Origin: Thermodesulfobacteriota bacterium
GTDB taxonomy: Bacteria; DASVDK01
Length of the DNA stretch: 47,562 bases
Reading direction: 5' to 3'
Assembly (NCBI GenBank): GCA_036381125.1
Contig: DASVDK010000070.1
Location: forward strand, 1-47,562
Positions 11,558-20,121 of this stretch are shown here, one piece after another. Position 1 is the first letter of the stretch. The number at the start of each line of letters is the position of its first letter. The translations under genes and the position numbers were made by a program. The notes below the pieces were generated by a model. It was not told the DNA's origin and did not search any database. It worked only from the letters and a program-made list of their open reading frames with translations.

Positions 11558-13651
11558 ATGCTTCGCCGCCTGCCCGTGAAGATCCTCCTGCTCGTCGCGG
11601 CGACGCTCGCGATCGCGCTCGTGGTCGACACGGCCTTCGTCGTCGGCCAGCTCGAGTCGCGCCTCCGGGCGGCGCACGTCAGCAAGCTCGGCGTCCTCGG
11701 CGCGCAGCTCGTCCGCACGATCGGGTCGGCGCTCGAGCTCGGCCTCGCCCTCGAGGAGCTGCCCGACCTGTCCGACCGGGCGCGTGCGCTCGTCGAGGCC
11801 TACCCGGAGCTGGCCTACGTGGCCGTGGTGGGCCCGGACGGCCGGGTCGTGCACAGCAGCGCCGGCCGGGACGCGAGCGGCGACCGGCTCTCGGCGTTCC
11901 TCGCCGCGACCCCGATCGTGCCCCTCGAGGCGGGGGGACAGCCGGGCCGGCTCGACGGTGTCGAGGTCCTCGACCTCTCGATGCCGATCTCGCGGTCGTC
12001 GGCCGTCGGGTCGGCCGCCCGTGTCGGGACGCTGCGCATCGGGCTTCGGACCGAGGTCTCGGCGGCCGAGGTGCGGGCCATCTGGCTCAGGGCCGCCGGC
12101 GCCGGCGCCGCGGTGCTCCTGGCGGCCGTGGTCCTGGTGGTCCTCTTCGTGCGGGTCGCCGTCTCGCGCCCCGTGGCGCGGCTCGTCGAGACGGCCGAGC
12201 GGATCGCGGCCGGAGACCTCACCCGGCGCGTCCCGGAGCGGGGCGGCGACGAGTTCGCCCTCGTCGGGCGCGCCTTCAACCGGATGGTCGAGCGACTCCA
12301 CGGGCTCCTCAGGCGGATCGACGACGCGTCGGCCCAGGTGGCGGCTGCCTCCGAGTCGATCGCCGGCAGCTCCCGCGCCGTCCTCGGCGACGCTCGGGAA
12401 CAGGCCGGCTCGGTCGAGGACGCCTCGCGGTCGGCGGTCCAGATGAACCAGTCGGTCGCGCAGATCCTCGCCTCGATCGACCGGCTGACCCAGGCCTCGC
12501 AGAGCTCGTCGTCCTCGGTCCTCGAGATGGGCGCGACGATCGAGGAGGTGGCGACCAACATGGAGTACCTGGCCTCCTCGGTGGAGCAGACCACCGCCGT
12601 CATCGAGGAGGTGGCCGCGGCGAGCCGCGAGGTGGCCGCCAGCGTCGAGCGGCTCACGGCCCTCGCGAGCGACAGCGCCTCGGCCATCCACAACCTCGAG
12701 GCGGCCATCCTCGACGTGGACGACAACGCCCGGGAGACGGCCGCCCTCTCCGAGAAGGTCCAGGCCGACGCCCAGGCCGGCCTCCGCGCCGTGGACGTGA
12801 CCGTGGCCGGCATCGAGCGGATCCGCGAGTCGGCCGCCGGCGCCAGCCGCGTCATCGTGGGGCTCGGCGAGCGCATCCGGAGCATCGACTCGATCCTCGC
12901 CATCATCGACGACGTGGCCGGGGAGACGAACCTCCTGGCGCTGAACGCCGCCATCATCGCCGCCCAGGCGGGCGAGCAGGGCCGCGGCTTCGGCGTCGTC
13001 GCCGACGAGATCCGGGACCTCGCGGAGCGGACCGCTGCCTCCACCAAGGAGATCGCCGAGCAGGTGCGGCAGGTGCAGGCCGAGGCGCAGAGCGCCGTCG
13101 ACGCCATGCGGGCCGGCGACGCGTCGATCGAGGAAGGGGTCCGCCTCGCGCGCGAGGCCGGCGCCGCCCTCTCGCAGATCGCGGCCAGCGCCACGCGCTC
13201 GGTCGAGCGGGTCAAGAGCATCGCCAGGGCCACCGCCGAGCAGACCCAGGGGAGCCGGCAGATGACCGAGGCGATCACGCAGGTGGCCGCCATGGCCCAG
13301 CGCATCAGCGTGGCGACGCGCGAACAGAGCAAGGGGGGCGAGCAGATCCTGCACGCGATCGAGAAGATGCGCGAGATCGCGCACCAGGTGAAGCAGACGA
13401 CCGACGAGCAGGCGAAGGGGAGCCGGCACATCACCCGGTCCATCGAGGAGGTGACCGAGATGATCCGGCAGATCAACGACGCGACCGCCGAGCACGGCGA
13501 GGGCGGCCGCCTCATCGAGGCCGCGGTCGGCCGGATCAAGTCGACCACCGAGCGCCACCTCGGCGCCGCCGCGGACCTGAACGGCATCGTCGCCACGCTC
13601 GGCCGCGAGGCGAAGGCCCTGCGCGACGAGGTCAGCCGCTTCCGGCTCTAG
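11558..13651 (+). CDS. Methyl-accepting chemotaxis protein (2 TM, periplasmic domain, HAMP, long signalling domain)
   Basis: HAMP ([10 protein letters not shown]…GDEF…AFNRM); hairpin tip [51 protein letters not shown]. Confidence 0.95.
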   Translation: MLRRLPVKILLLVAATLAIALVVDTAFVVGQLESRLRAAHVSKLGVLGAQLVRTIGSALELGLALEELPDLSDRARALVEAYPELAYVAVVGPDGRVVHSSAGRDASGDRLSAFLAATPIVPLEAGGQPGRLDGVEVLDLSMPISRSSAVGSAARVGTLRIGLRTEVSAAEVRAIWLRAAGAGAAVLLAAVVLVVLFVRVAVSRPVARLVETAERIAAGDLTRRVPERGGDEFALVGRAFNRMVERLHGLLRRIDDASAQVAAASESIAGSSRAVLGDAREQAGSVEDASRSAVQMNQSVAQILASIDRLTQASQSSSSSVLEMGATIEEVATNMEYLASSVEQTTAVIEEVAAASREVAASVERLTALASDSASAIHNLEAAILDVDDNARETAALSEKVQADAQAGLRAVDVTVAGIERIRESAAGASRVIVGLGERIRSIDSILAIIDDVAGETNLLALNAAIIAAQAGEQGRGFGVVADEIRDLAERTAASTKEIAEQVRQVQAEAQSAVDAMRAGDASIEEGVRLAREAGAALSQIAASATRSVERVKSIARATAEQTQGSRQMTEAITQVAAMAQRISVATREQSKGGEQILHAIEKMREIAHQVKQTTDEQAKGSRHITRSIEEVTEMIRQINDATAEHGEGGRLIEAAVGRIKSTTERHLGAAADLNGIVATLGREAKALRDEVSRFRL

Positions 13652-13667
13652 CGCAGTTCGCCCCTCA

Positions 13668-13749
13668 TGGGGTCAGGTCTTTCCATTTTCCACCGTTCTC
13701 CACGGGCCGCGGCCCGGCCGCCTCGCGCCTCGCCCCGCCGGGCCCCGCG
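13668..13749 (+). repeat. One 25-bp unit, a unit remnant and the GC-rich tail of the dispersed element
   Basis: 13668-13692 tggggtcaggtctttccattttcca; 13693-13702 ccgttctcca (unit end); then the cgggccgc…gcgcctc tail shared with the 23.4 and 30.9 kb copies. Confidence 0.85.
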
Positions 13750-13805
13750 TCGGTCGCCGACGGGTCCCCGCTCGTACCGGAGCGCTATGGTGTGGCGATC
13801 GTCGC

Positions 13806-13869
13806 CGCGAGGACGACCTCGCGCGTCTCGTGAACCGGTGGGGACGGCCCCGCCAGAGCCGGGAGATGC
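13806..13869 (+). promoter_or_regulatory. Guanidine-II (mini-ykkC) riboswitch
   Basis: Two GC-rich hairpins with ACGR tetraloops: CGCGAGG-ACGA-CCTCGCG (13806-13823) and GGTGGGG-ACGG-CCCCGCC (13837-13854). GCGTCTC (13823-13829) can pair with GAGATGC (13863-13869) over the SD. Lies directly 5' of gdx; -10 TATGGT at 13786-13791. Confidence 0.9.
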
Positions 13870-13872
13870 ACC

Positions 13873-14193
13873 ATGGCTTGGGGTGTGCTGCTCGCTGCAG
13901 GCCTGTTCGAGGTCGGTTGGGCCGTCGGTCTGAAGTACACGCACGGCTTCACGCGTCTCTACCCCTCTCTTCTGACCGTCGTCGCGATGGTCGTCAGCGT
14001 GTGGCTCCTCGCCGTCGCGGTGAGGAGCCTCCCCATCGGCACCGCCTACGCGGTCTGGACCGGTGTGGGCACGGTCGGCACGGCCATCGTCGGCATGTGG
14101 CTGTTCGGCGAGTCGGCAAGCCCCGCCCGGCTCGCCTGCATCGGGCTCATCGTCGTCGGCATCGCCGGGCTCAAGCTGGTCACCCCGCCGTGA
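13873..14193 (+). CDS. gdx: Guanidinium exporter Gdx (SugE), SMR family
   Basis: 106 aa, 4 TM; [21 protein letters not shown]…GFT…[14 protein letters not shown]; upstream guanidine riboswitch. Confidence 0.93.
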   Translation: MAWGVLLAAGLFEVGWAVGLKYTHGFTRLYPSLLTVVAMVVSVWLLAVAVRSLPIGTAYAVWTGVGTVGTAIVGMWLFGESASPARLACIGLIVVGIAGLKLVTPP

Positions 14194-14199
14194 CCGGGC

Positions 14200-14308
14200 G
14201 CCCGGCCCCGCTTCGCGGGGCGTGGGGGCCGCCTCCTGTTCTCGGGTGCCGCCGAAGGACCGGCGTCACGGCGCTCGGGCCTTCGGCCCGGCCCCGCTTC
14301 GCGGGGCG
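14200..14308. repeat. 23-bp perfect direct repeat, each copy a small hairpin, flanking a third hairpin
   Basis: gcccggccccgcttcgcggggcg at 14200-14222 and 14286-14308; gccgaagg/ccttcggc at 14251-14258 and 14280-14287. Confidence 0.8.
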
Positions 14309-14334
14309 CCGTCCCGCTCCGGTGCCTGCGGCGC

Positions 14335-14363
14335 TTGACAGTCCGGACGCGTGCCACTAGACT
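14335..14363 (+). promoter_or_regulatory. Sigma70 promoter of the leuA leader
   Basis: TTGACA 14335-14340, 17-bp spacer, TAGACT 14358-14363. Confidence 0.8.
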
Positions 14364-14371
14364 GCCTGGTA

Positions 14372-14491
14372 ATGTACGAGCGCCGGTCCCTTCGCACCCT
14401 GACGCTAGGCCTTACCCGGCTCGCCGCGGCGGAGCTAGCCGCGAGCGAGCGCGCTTGGCCGGCGGTGCGGGGGCACCGGGCGGCCCGGTAA
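14372..14491 (+). CDS. Putative leucine attenuator leader peptide (39 aa)
   Basis: MYERRSLRTLTLGLTRLAAAELAASERAWPAVRGHRAAR*. Six Leu codons (CTT, CTG, CTA, CTT, CTC, CTA); ATG is 8 nt after the -10. Confidence 0.7.
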   Translation: MYERRSLRTLTLGLTRLAAAELAASERAWPAVRGHRAAR

Positions 14492-14567
14492 AGGGGAGAC
14501 CCGAACCCGGCAGACCAGCCGGCGGGCGCCCACCGGGCCCCCGGCGCGACATCCCAGGGACCACACG

Positions 14568-14608
14568 AACCCACCGACGGCCGAAGGGCCCGGTGGGTTT
14601 TTTGTTTT
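14568..14608 (+). terminator. Intrinsic terminator (attenuator) in the leuA leader
   Basis: AACCCACCG(ac)GGCC-GAAG-GGCCCGGTGGGTT followed by TTTTGTTTT, about 35 nt before the leuA ATG. Confidence 0.88.
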
Positions 14609-14641
14609 CCGGCGCAAGGCGAGTTGCGAGGAGGTAGGACG

Positions 14642-16195
14642 ATGCCCAGACGCGTATGGATCTTCGATACGACGCTCCGCGACGGCGAGCAGGTACCGGG
14701 CGCGAGCCTGAGGCTGCGCGAGAAGGTCGAGATCGCGCACCAGCTCGCGCGGCTCGGCGTGGACGTCATCGAGGCCGGCTTCCCGATCTCCTCGCCGGGC
14801 GACTTCGAGGCGGTCCGCACCATCGCCCGCGAGGTGAAGGGCCGCGTCATCACGGGCCTGGCCCGCGCGGTCCAGGGGGACATCGAGCGCCTCTACGAGG
14901 CGGTCAAGGAGGCGGAGGCCCCCCGCCTCCACATCTTCCTCGGCTCCTCCGACATCCACATCGAGAAGAAGTTCCGCAAGGACCGCGACCAGGTCCTCGA
15001 GCAGGGCGTCTCGGCGGTCAGGTTCGGCAAGAAGCTCTGCTCCGAGATCGAGTACTCCACCGAGGACGCCTCCCGCACCGACTTCGACTACCTCTGCCGC
15101 ACGCTCGAGGCCGTGATCGACGCCGGCGCCACGGTCGTGAACATCCCCGACACCGTCGGCTACGCCTACCCGACGCAGTGGTTCGAGCTGATCACGAAGA
15201 TCCGCGAGCGGGTGCCGAACATCCACAAGGCGAGGATCAGCGTCCACTGCCACAACGACCTCGGGCTCGCGACCGCCAACAGCCTGGCCGCCGTCCTCGC
15301 CGGCGCCGACCAGGTGGAGTGCACCGTCAACGGCATCGGCGAGCGGGCCGGCAACGCCTCCATGGAAGAGATCGTCATGGCGATGAAGACCCGCAAGGAC
15401 ATCTTCTCGGACGTGGAGGTCAACATCAACACGACCGAGTTCATGCGGGCCTCGAAGCTCGTCTCGACCCTCATGGGGATCCCGGTGCAGCCGAACAAGG
15501 CGGTCGTCGGCAGCAACGCCTTCGCCCACTCCTCGGGCATCCACCAGGACGGCATCCTCAAGGACCGCTCGACCTACGAGATCATGCGTCCCGAGTCGGT
15601 CGGCGTGACGGAGCACAAGTTCGTGCTCACGGCGCGCTCGGGCCGGCACGCGCTCAAGCACCGCCTCCACGAGCTCGGCTACACGGTGGAGGAGGGGCCG
15701 AAGTTCGACAAGATCTACGACCGGTTCATCGTGATCGCCGACAAGAAGAAGCAGGTCTACGACGCCGACCTCGAGACGATCATGAAGGACCAGATCTCGG
15801 CGGCCGAGGGGGAGTTCGGCCTCGAGGCGATCGAGGTCGTGAGCGGGACCAACGCCGTGCCGACCGCGCGCGTCCGCCTCGTCAAGGGCGACCAGCGGTT
15901 CGAGGAGAGCGGCACCGGCGACGGTCCGGTGGACGCGGCCTTCAAGACGATCGACAAGGTCACCGGCGCCCGCGTGGAGCTGGCCGACTTCGCGGTCCGT
16001 GCGGTCACCAAGGGCCGCGAGGCGCTCGGCGAGGCGACCGTGGTCGTCAAGTCCGACGGCCAGGCCTTCACCGGCCGCGGCTCCTCCACCGACATCATCG
16101 AGGCCTCGGCCCGCGCCTACGTCGACGCCCTCAACAAGGTCCTCGGCGCCGAGCAGCGCAACCAGGCGGCCGCCGAAGCCCGCATGGCCGTGTGA
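14642..16195 (+). CDS. leuA: 2-isopropylmalate synthase
   Basis: IFDTTLRDGEQ, IEAGFP, PDTVG, HCHNDLGLA, GIGERAGNA, HSSGIHQDG, C-terminal regulatory domain GDGPVDA; SD GAGGAGGT. Confidence 0.95.
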   Translation: MPRRVWIFDTTLRDGEQVPGASLRLREKVEIAHQLARLGVDVIEAGFPISSPGDFEAVRTIAREVKGRVITGLARAVQGDIERLYEAVKEAEAPRLHIFLGSSDIHIEKKFRKDRDQVLEQGVSAVRFGKKLCSEIEYSTEDASRTDFDYLCRTLEAVIDAGATVVNIPDTVGYAYPTQWFELITKIRERVPNIHKARISVHCHNDLGLATANSLAAVLAGADQVECTVNGIGERAGNASMEEIVMAMKTRKDIFSDVEVNINTTEFMRASKLVSTLMGIPVQPNKAVVGSNAFAHSSGIHQDGILKDRSTYEIMRPESVGVTEHKFVLTARSGRHALKHRLHELGYTVEEGPKFDKIYDRFIVIADKKKQVYDADLETIMKDQISAAEGEFGLEAIEVVSGTNAVPTARVRLVKGDQRFEESGTGDGPVDAAFKTIDKVTGARVELADFAVRAVTKGREALGEATVVVKSDGQAFTGRGSSTDIIEASARAYVDALNKVLGAEQRNQAAAEARMAV

Positions 16196-16207
16196 CCCTC
16201 CCCACGA

Positions 16208-16247
16208 GCCCGCGGGGCGGTATGGTGAGACGTGCCGTCCCGCGGGC
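16208..16247 (+). terminator. 17-bp stem-loop after leuA (terminator or stabiliser, no U-tract)
   Basis: GCCCGCGGGGCGGTATG-GTGAGA-CGTGCCGTCCCGCGGGC; three G-U pairs favour a + strand RNA structure. Confidence 0.55.
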
Positions 16248-16439
16248 CGCCGCGGCCCGGCACCGGCGCGCACGGGGCCGGCGGCCGCGCGCGCGTCCCG
16301 CATGATACCCTCTCGATAGCTCCGGCTCGGCGACATGGGCGCCGGCGCGACGCTCGCGGCACACCCGCGCGCGCCGAGGCGCCCGACCGGGGCCGGCGGA
16401 CGGCGCGCGGGAGCGAGGGATCAGGAGGGAGGGGGCGCG

Positions 16440-17228
16440 GTGAGGCCGCTCGTCGAGGTCGACAGGGTTTCCAAGGTCTTCGAGAAGGACGGCCGGACGG
16501 TCGAGGCGCTCCGCGAGGTGAGCTTCGACGTCCGCCGCGGCGAGCTGCTCGCGCTCATCGGCGCGTCGGGGTGCGGCAAGTCGACGCTCCTCAACCTCGT
16601 GGGCGGGCTCATCATGCCGTCCGCCGGCGAGATCCGCTACGACGGGGCGCCGGTGCGCGACGTGAACACCCGCATGGGCTACATCACGCAGCACGATACG
16701 CTGCTGCCCTGGCGCACCGTCGAGGGCAACGTGAAGATCGCCCTCGAGCTGAAGGGCCTGCCGGCCGCCGAGCAGGCGGAGCGGGCGCGGGCCATGATCC
16801 GGCGGGTGGGGCTCGCCGAGTTCGAGCGTCACTACCCGCGCGAGCTGTCGGGCGGCATGCGCAAGCGCGTGGGGCTCGCGCGCGCCCTCGTCTACGACCC
16901 GGAGGCGCTCCTCATGGACGAGCCCTTCGGCGCCCTCGACGCCCAGCTCCGCGTCGTCATGCAGGGCGAGCTGCTCCGGATCTGGGAGGCGAGCGGCAAG
17001 ACGATCGTCTTCGTGACGCACGACCTCGACGAGGCGCTGGCGCTGTCGGACCGCGTCGTCGTCCTCTCGCGGCGCCCGGGCCGGCTCAAGGCCGTCGTCG
17101 ACGTGGCGCTCCCGAGGCCGCGCGACATCAACGGCGTCCGGTACCTGCCCGAGTACCGCGACCTCCACGCACGGCTCTGGGACCTCCTCAAGGAGGACGT
17201 CCTGGCGGCTGCGGAGACGGACCGATGA
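16440..17228 (+). CDS. NitT/TauT-family ABC transporter ATP-binding protein
   Basis: GASGCGKST, LSGGMRKR, LLMDEPFGALD, FVTHD; GTG start after AGGAGGGAGG. Confidence 0.92.
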   Translation: MRPLVEVDRVSKVFEKDGRTVEALREVSFDVRRGELLALIGASGCGKSTLLNLVGGLIMPSAGEIRYDGAPVRDVNTRMGYITQHDTLLPWRTVEGNVKIALELKGLPAAEQAERARAMIRRVGLAEFERHYPRELSGGMRKRVGLARALVYDPEALLMDEPFGALDAQLRVVMQGELLRIWEASGKTIVFVTHDLDEALALSDRVVVLSRRPGRLKAVVDVALPRPRDINGVRYLPEYRDLHARLWDLLKEDVLAAAETDR

Positions 17229-17995
17229 GGCTCTGGATCACGCGCGGCGTCCTGGCCGTGGCGCTCGTCCTCGCCTGGGAGGCGGCGGGCCGGTGGATCA
17301 TCGACCCGTTCTTCATCAGCCGCCCGAGCCTCGTCGCGGCGGTGCTGCTCGAGTGGACCCTGAACGGCCGCCTCGTCCACCACACCTGGATCACCGTCCA
17401 GGAGATGCTCCTCGGCCTCGTGCTCGGCTCCCTGGCCGGCATCGTCGTGGGGCTCGCCCTGGGGCTCAGGCCGGGACTGGCGCGACTCCTCGACCCGTTC
17501 GTCATGGGCGTCTACAGCCTCCCGAAGGTCGCCCTGGGCCCCCTCTTCATCCTCTGGTTCGGCATCGGCATCGCGATGAAGATCATGCTCTCGGCGGTGA
17601 TCGTCTTCTTCCTGGTGTTCTTCAACACGCTGGCCGGGGTGCGGTCGGTCGACCGCAGCCTCGTGGCGGTCATCCGGATGATGGGGGCGACGCGCGCGCA
17701 GGTCGTGCGCAAGGTGGTGATCCCCTCGGCGCTGGTCTGGATCTTCCTCGGCCTGCGGGTTTCGGTACCCTACGCCCTGATCGGCGCGGTCGTGGGCGAG
17801 ATCATCGCCTCGAACCGGGGGCTCGGCTTCCTGCTCTCGAGCGCGGCGGGCTACCTGGACACCCCGGGCCTCTTCGCGGCGCTCATCGCCCTCATGGTCC
17901 TGGCGATCCTCGTGAACGGGGGGGTGAACCTGCTCGAGCGGCGCTTCCTCAAGTGGCGGCCGGCCGAGGCCGCCGGCGACGGAGGGGGACTGTGA
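17225..17995 (+). CDS. NitT/TauT-family ABC transporter permease
   Basis: ATGA overlap; YSLPKVALGPLFILWFGIG, MGATRAQVVRKVVIPSAL, GAVVGEIIAS…GLG. Confidence 0.92.
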   Translation: MRLWITRGVLAVALVLAWEAAGRWIIDPFFISRPSLVAAVLLEWTLNGRLVHHTWITVQEMLLGLVLGSLAGIVVGLALGLRPGLARLLDPFVMGVYSLPKVALGPLFILWFGIGIAMKIMLSAVIVFFLVFFNTLAGVRSVDRSLVAVIRMMGATRAQVVRKVVIPSALVWIFLGLRVSVPYALIGAVVGEIIASNRGLGFLLSSAAGYLDTPGLFAALIALMVLAILVNGGVNLLERRFLKWRPAEAAGDGGGL

Positions 17996-18966
17996 GCACG
18001 ATGGGCGCGACGCACGCGTCGGGCGAGCCCGCGACGCCGCCGTCGACCGAGGCGATACGGCTCGGGCTCGGGGCGATCCGTCGCAACCGGCACCGGCGAC
18101 TGCACCTCTACGGCCACTTCCTCGAACTCGGCTGGCACGTCGTGCGGCCGGGCACCGTCCGCGCCACGCTGCCCGTGACCCGGCGGCTGTGGGACGACCG
18201 GGGCGTGCTGGCCGGGACGCCGATCGCGACCCTGGCGGACGTCGCCATGGGGCTCGCGCTCCGCTCGCGCTGGCAGACGACCGGCATGCGCTTCGCCACG
18301 GCGAGCCTCGACATCCTCCACGCGGAGGCGCCGCGGTCGGGGCGGGTGACCGCGGTCGCGACCGTCTTCGCCGCCGAGGGCTCGCTGGGGCTCGCCCGCT
18401 GCGAGGTGACCGCGCCGGGCGCACGCCCGGTCGCCCTGGCCACGGGGGCCTTCCTCTGCCGGCCGCTGCCGGCGGGCGTCGAGGCGCCGGACCTGCGGGT
18501 CGCCAAGCGGATGGCCACGCGTCCACCGGCGCAGGGCCCGTGGGATGCCGGCCTGTCGCCCGAGGAGCGGCGGTTCGTCGTCGACCTCGGGCGGGCGCTC
18601 GAGCGGCAGCGGCGCGCCGCGGACCCGTTCGCCGCCTACCTCGGCATCGAGGTGCTCGACGCGCCGCAGGGCGAGGCGCGGATGCGGCTGCCGCTCGCCG
18701 CGACGGTCGCCAACCGGGTCGGCCACGTGCAGGGCGGCGTCCTCCACGGCTTCACCGCGCTCGCCTGTGCGCGCGCGGCCGGCGGGCAGCCGCGCACGGT
18801 CTCCGTGCGGTTCCTCCGTCCCGCCTCCGGGGGGGCGGTGACGGCGGCGGCGCGCGTCGTCCACGCCGGGCGAGAGGTGGTGGTCGTGCAGTGCGACCTC
18901 GGCGACGACGACGGGCGCCCGGTCGCCACCGCGACGGCCAGCGTGCAACGATCGGCCGAGGACTGA
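17992..18966 (+). CDS. Tandem PaaI-type hot-dog fold thioesterase
   Basis: GTGA overlap. Two hot-dog modules: (GVLAGTPIATLADVAMG…TASLDI) and (PFAAYLGI…NRVGHVQGG…SVRFLRP…HAGR). Confidence 0.75.
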   Translation: MSTMGATHASGEPATPPSTEAIRLGLGAIRRNRHRRLHLYGHFLELGWHVVRPGTVRATLPVTRRLWDDRGVLAGTPIATLADVAMGLALRSRWQTTGMRFATASLDILHAEAPRSGRVTAVATVFAAEGSLGLARCEVTAPGARPVALATGAFLCRPLPAGVEAPDLRVAKRMATRPPAQGPWDAGLSPEERRFVVDLGRALERQRRAADPFAAYLGIEVLDAPQGEARMRLPLAATVANRVGHVQGGVLHGFTALACARAAGGQPRTVSVRFLRPASGGAVTAAARVVHAGREVVVVQCDLGDDDGRPVATATASVQRSAED

Positions 18967-19009
18967 CCCCCGCCCGGGAATCGCGAGTCGCCGGTCACGC
19001 GGGCGCGGA

Positions 19010-19801
19010 TCAGCGGCCGGTGAACGTGGGCGTCCGCTTCTCGGCGAACGCCAGGGCCCCTTCGCGATGATCGGCCGTTTGCATGGTGAGGGCCTGGGCC
19101 ACCGCCTCGTGCTCGAGCGCGGCGCGCAGGTCGAGGGTGGCGTAGCGGTTCACCATCTGTTTGGCGAGGGCGAGCGCGTGCCTGGGGCCGGCGGCCAGCC
19201 GCGCGGCCAGCTCCCTCGCGGTCGGCAGGACCGCCTCGGGGGCGACCAGGCGGTTCACGGCGCCCAGGCGGTGCGCTTCGGCCGCCGTGACGACGTCGCC
19301 GAGGAAGATCCACTCCTTTGCCCGATGGGGGCCGACCAGGCGGGGCAGGAAGAACGCGCCGCCGAGGTCGGGCACGACGCCCACCTTGACGAAGGCCTGG
19401 ATGAAGCGCGCCTCGGTGGAGGCGACGATCAGGTCCGCTGCGAGGGCGAGGTTCCAGCCGGCGCCGGCCGCGTCGCCGTTCACGGCGGCGACCACCGGCT
19501 TGTCGAGTTCGGCGAGGGCGAGGAGCCCCCGGTGGAGCGCCACCATGAGGGCGCGGGCCTGGGTCACGTCGCTCAGGTCCACGCCGAAGTCCTTGAGGTC
19601 ACCGCCGGCCGAGAAGCTCTTGCCGGCGCCGGTCAGGACGACGGCGCCGACGGCCGGGTCGTCGCGCAGGGCGAGACAGGCGGCCTCGAGGTCGCGGCCG
19701 GACTGGATCGTCAGGGCATTGCGGCGCTCCGGGCGGTTCAGGGTGAGGGTGGCGACCCCGGCGGCCGGGTCGCGATCGACGAGCAGGGTGGCGTAGGACA
19801 T
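19010..19801 (-). CDS. Enoyl-CoA hydratase/isomerase (PaaG-like crotonase)
   Basis: TLTLNRPERRNAL, FSAGGDL, KPVVAAVNGDAAGAG, FVKVGVVPDLGG, DHREGALAFAEKRTP; SD GGAGG. Confidence 0.92.
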   Translation of the reverse strand: MSYATLLVDRDPAAGVATLTLNRPERRNALTIQSGRDLEAACLALRDDPAVGAVVLTGAGKSFSAGGDLKDFGVDLSDVTQARALMVALHRGLLALAELDKPVVAAVNGDAAGAGWNLALAADLIVASTEARFIQAFVKVGVVPDLGGAFFLPRLVGPHRAKEWIFLGDVVTAAEAHRLGAVNRLVAPEAVLPTARELAARLAAGPRHALALAKQMVNRYATLDLRAALEHEAVAQALTMQTADHREGALAFAEKRTPTFTGR

Positions 19802-19804
19802 CGG

Positions 19805-20024
19805 GGGCCTCCAGGACGAGGATGGCATGGTGGACCGCTTCGCCGTGCGTGCCCGGCTGCACCACCTCGCCGCGCCGATCGACGAGGCGCGTGTCGAAGA
19901 CGACGACCCCGCGGTTCGGCCTGGACGTCGGCTTCGTCGAGAGGACCTTCCGCTCGACCTGCACGGCACCGCGGATCAGGATCGGCCTCGTGGACGACCT
20001 CGGGAAGAAGAGCCGCGTCGGCGT
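19805..20024 (-). pseudogene. MaoC-like (R)-hydratase remnant with ACG in place of the start codon and an internal deletion
   Basis: TAGACT(20031-20036)-N6-ACG, then PTRLFF…TRPILIRGAVQVERKVLSTKPTSRPNRGVVVFDTRLVDRRGEVVQ. The catalytic N-terminal half is missing. Confidence 0.6.
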
Positions 20025-20121
20025 GGCCCGAGTCTAGCAGCGCTCGGGCCCCGGCGGCGGAGCCTGCGGAGCTGCTCGTAGCTTTGCTATACTGGTCGGC
20101 TTGGCTATAGCAGAGGAATTC

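Noticed and set aside
14364-14640. T-box riboswitch upstream of leuA
   Set aside because: No T-box consensus (GGTGGNACCGCG) before the terminator; the Leu-rich leader ORF explains the region better.
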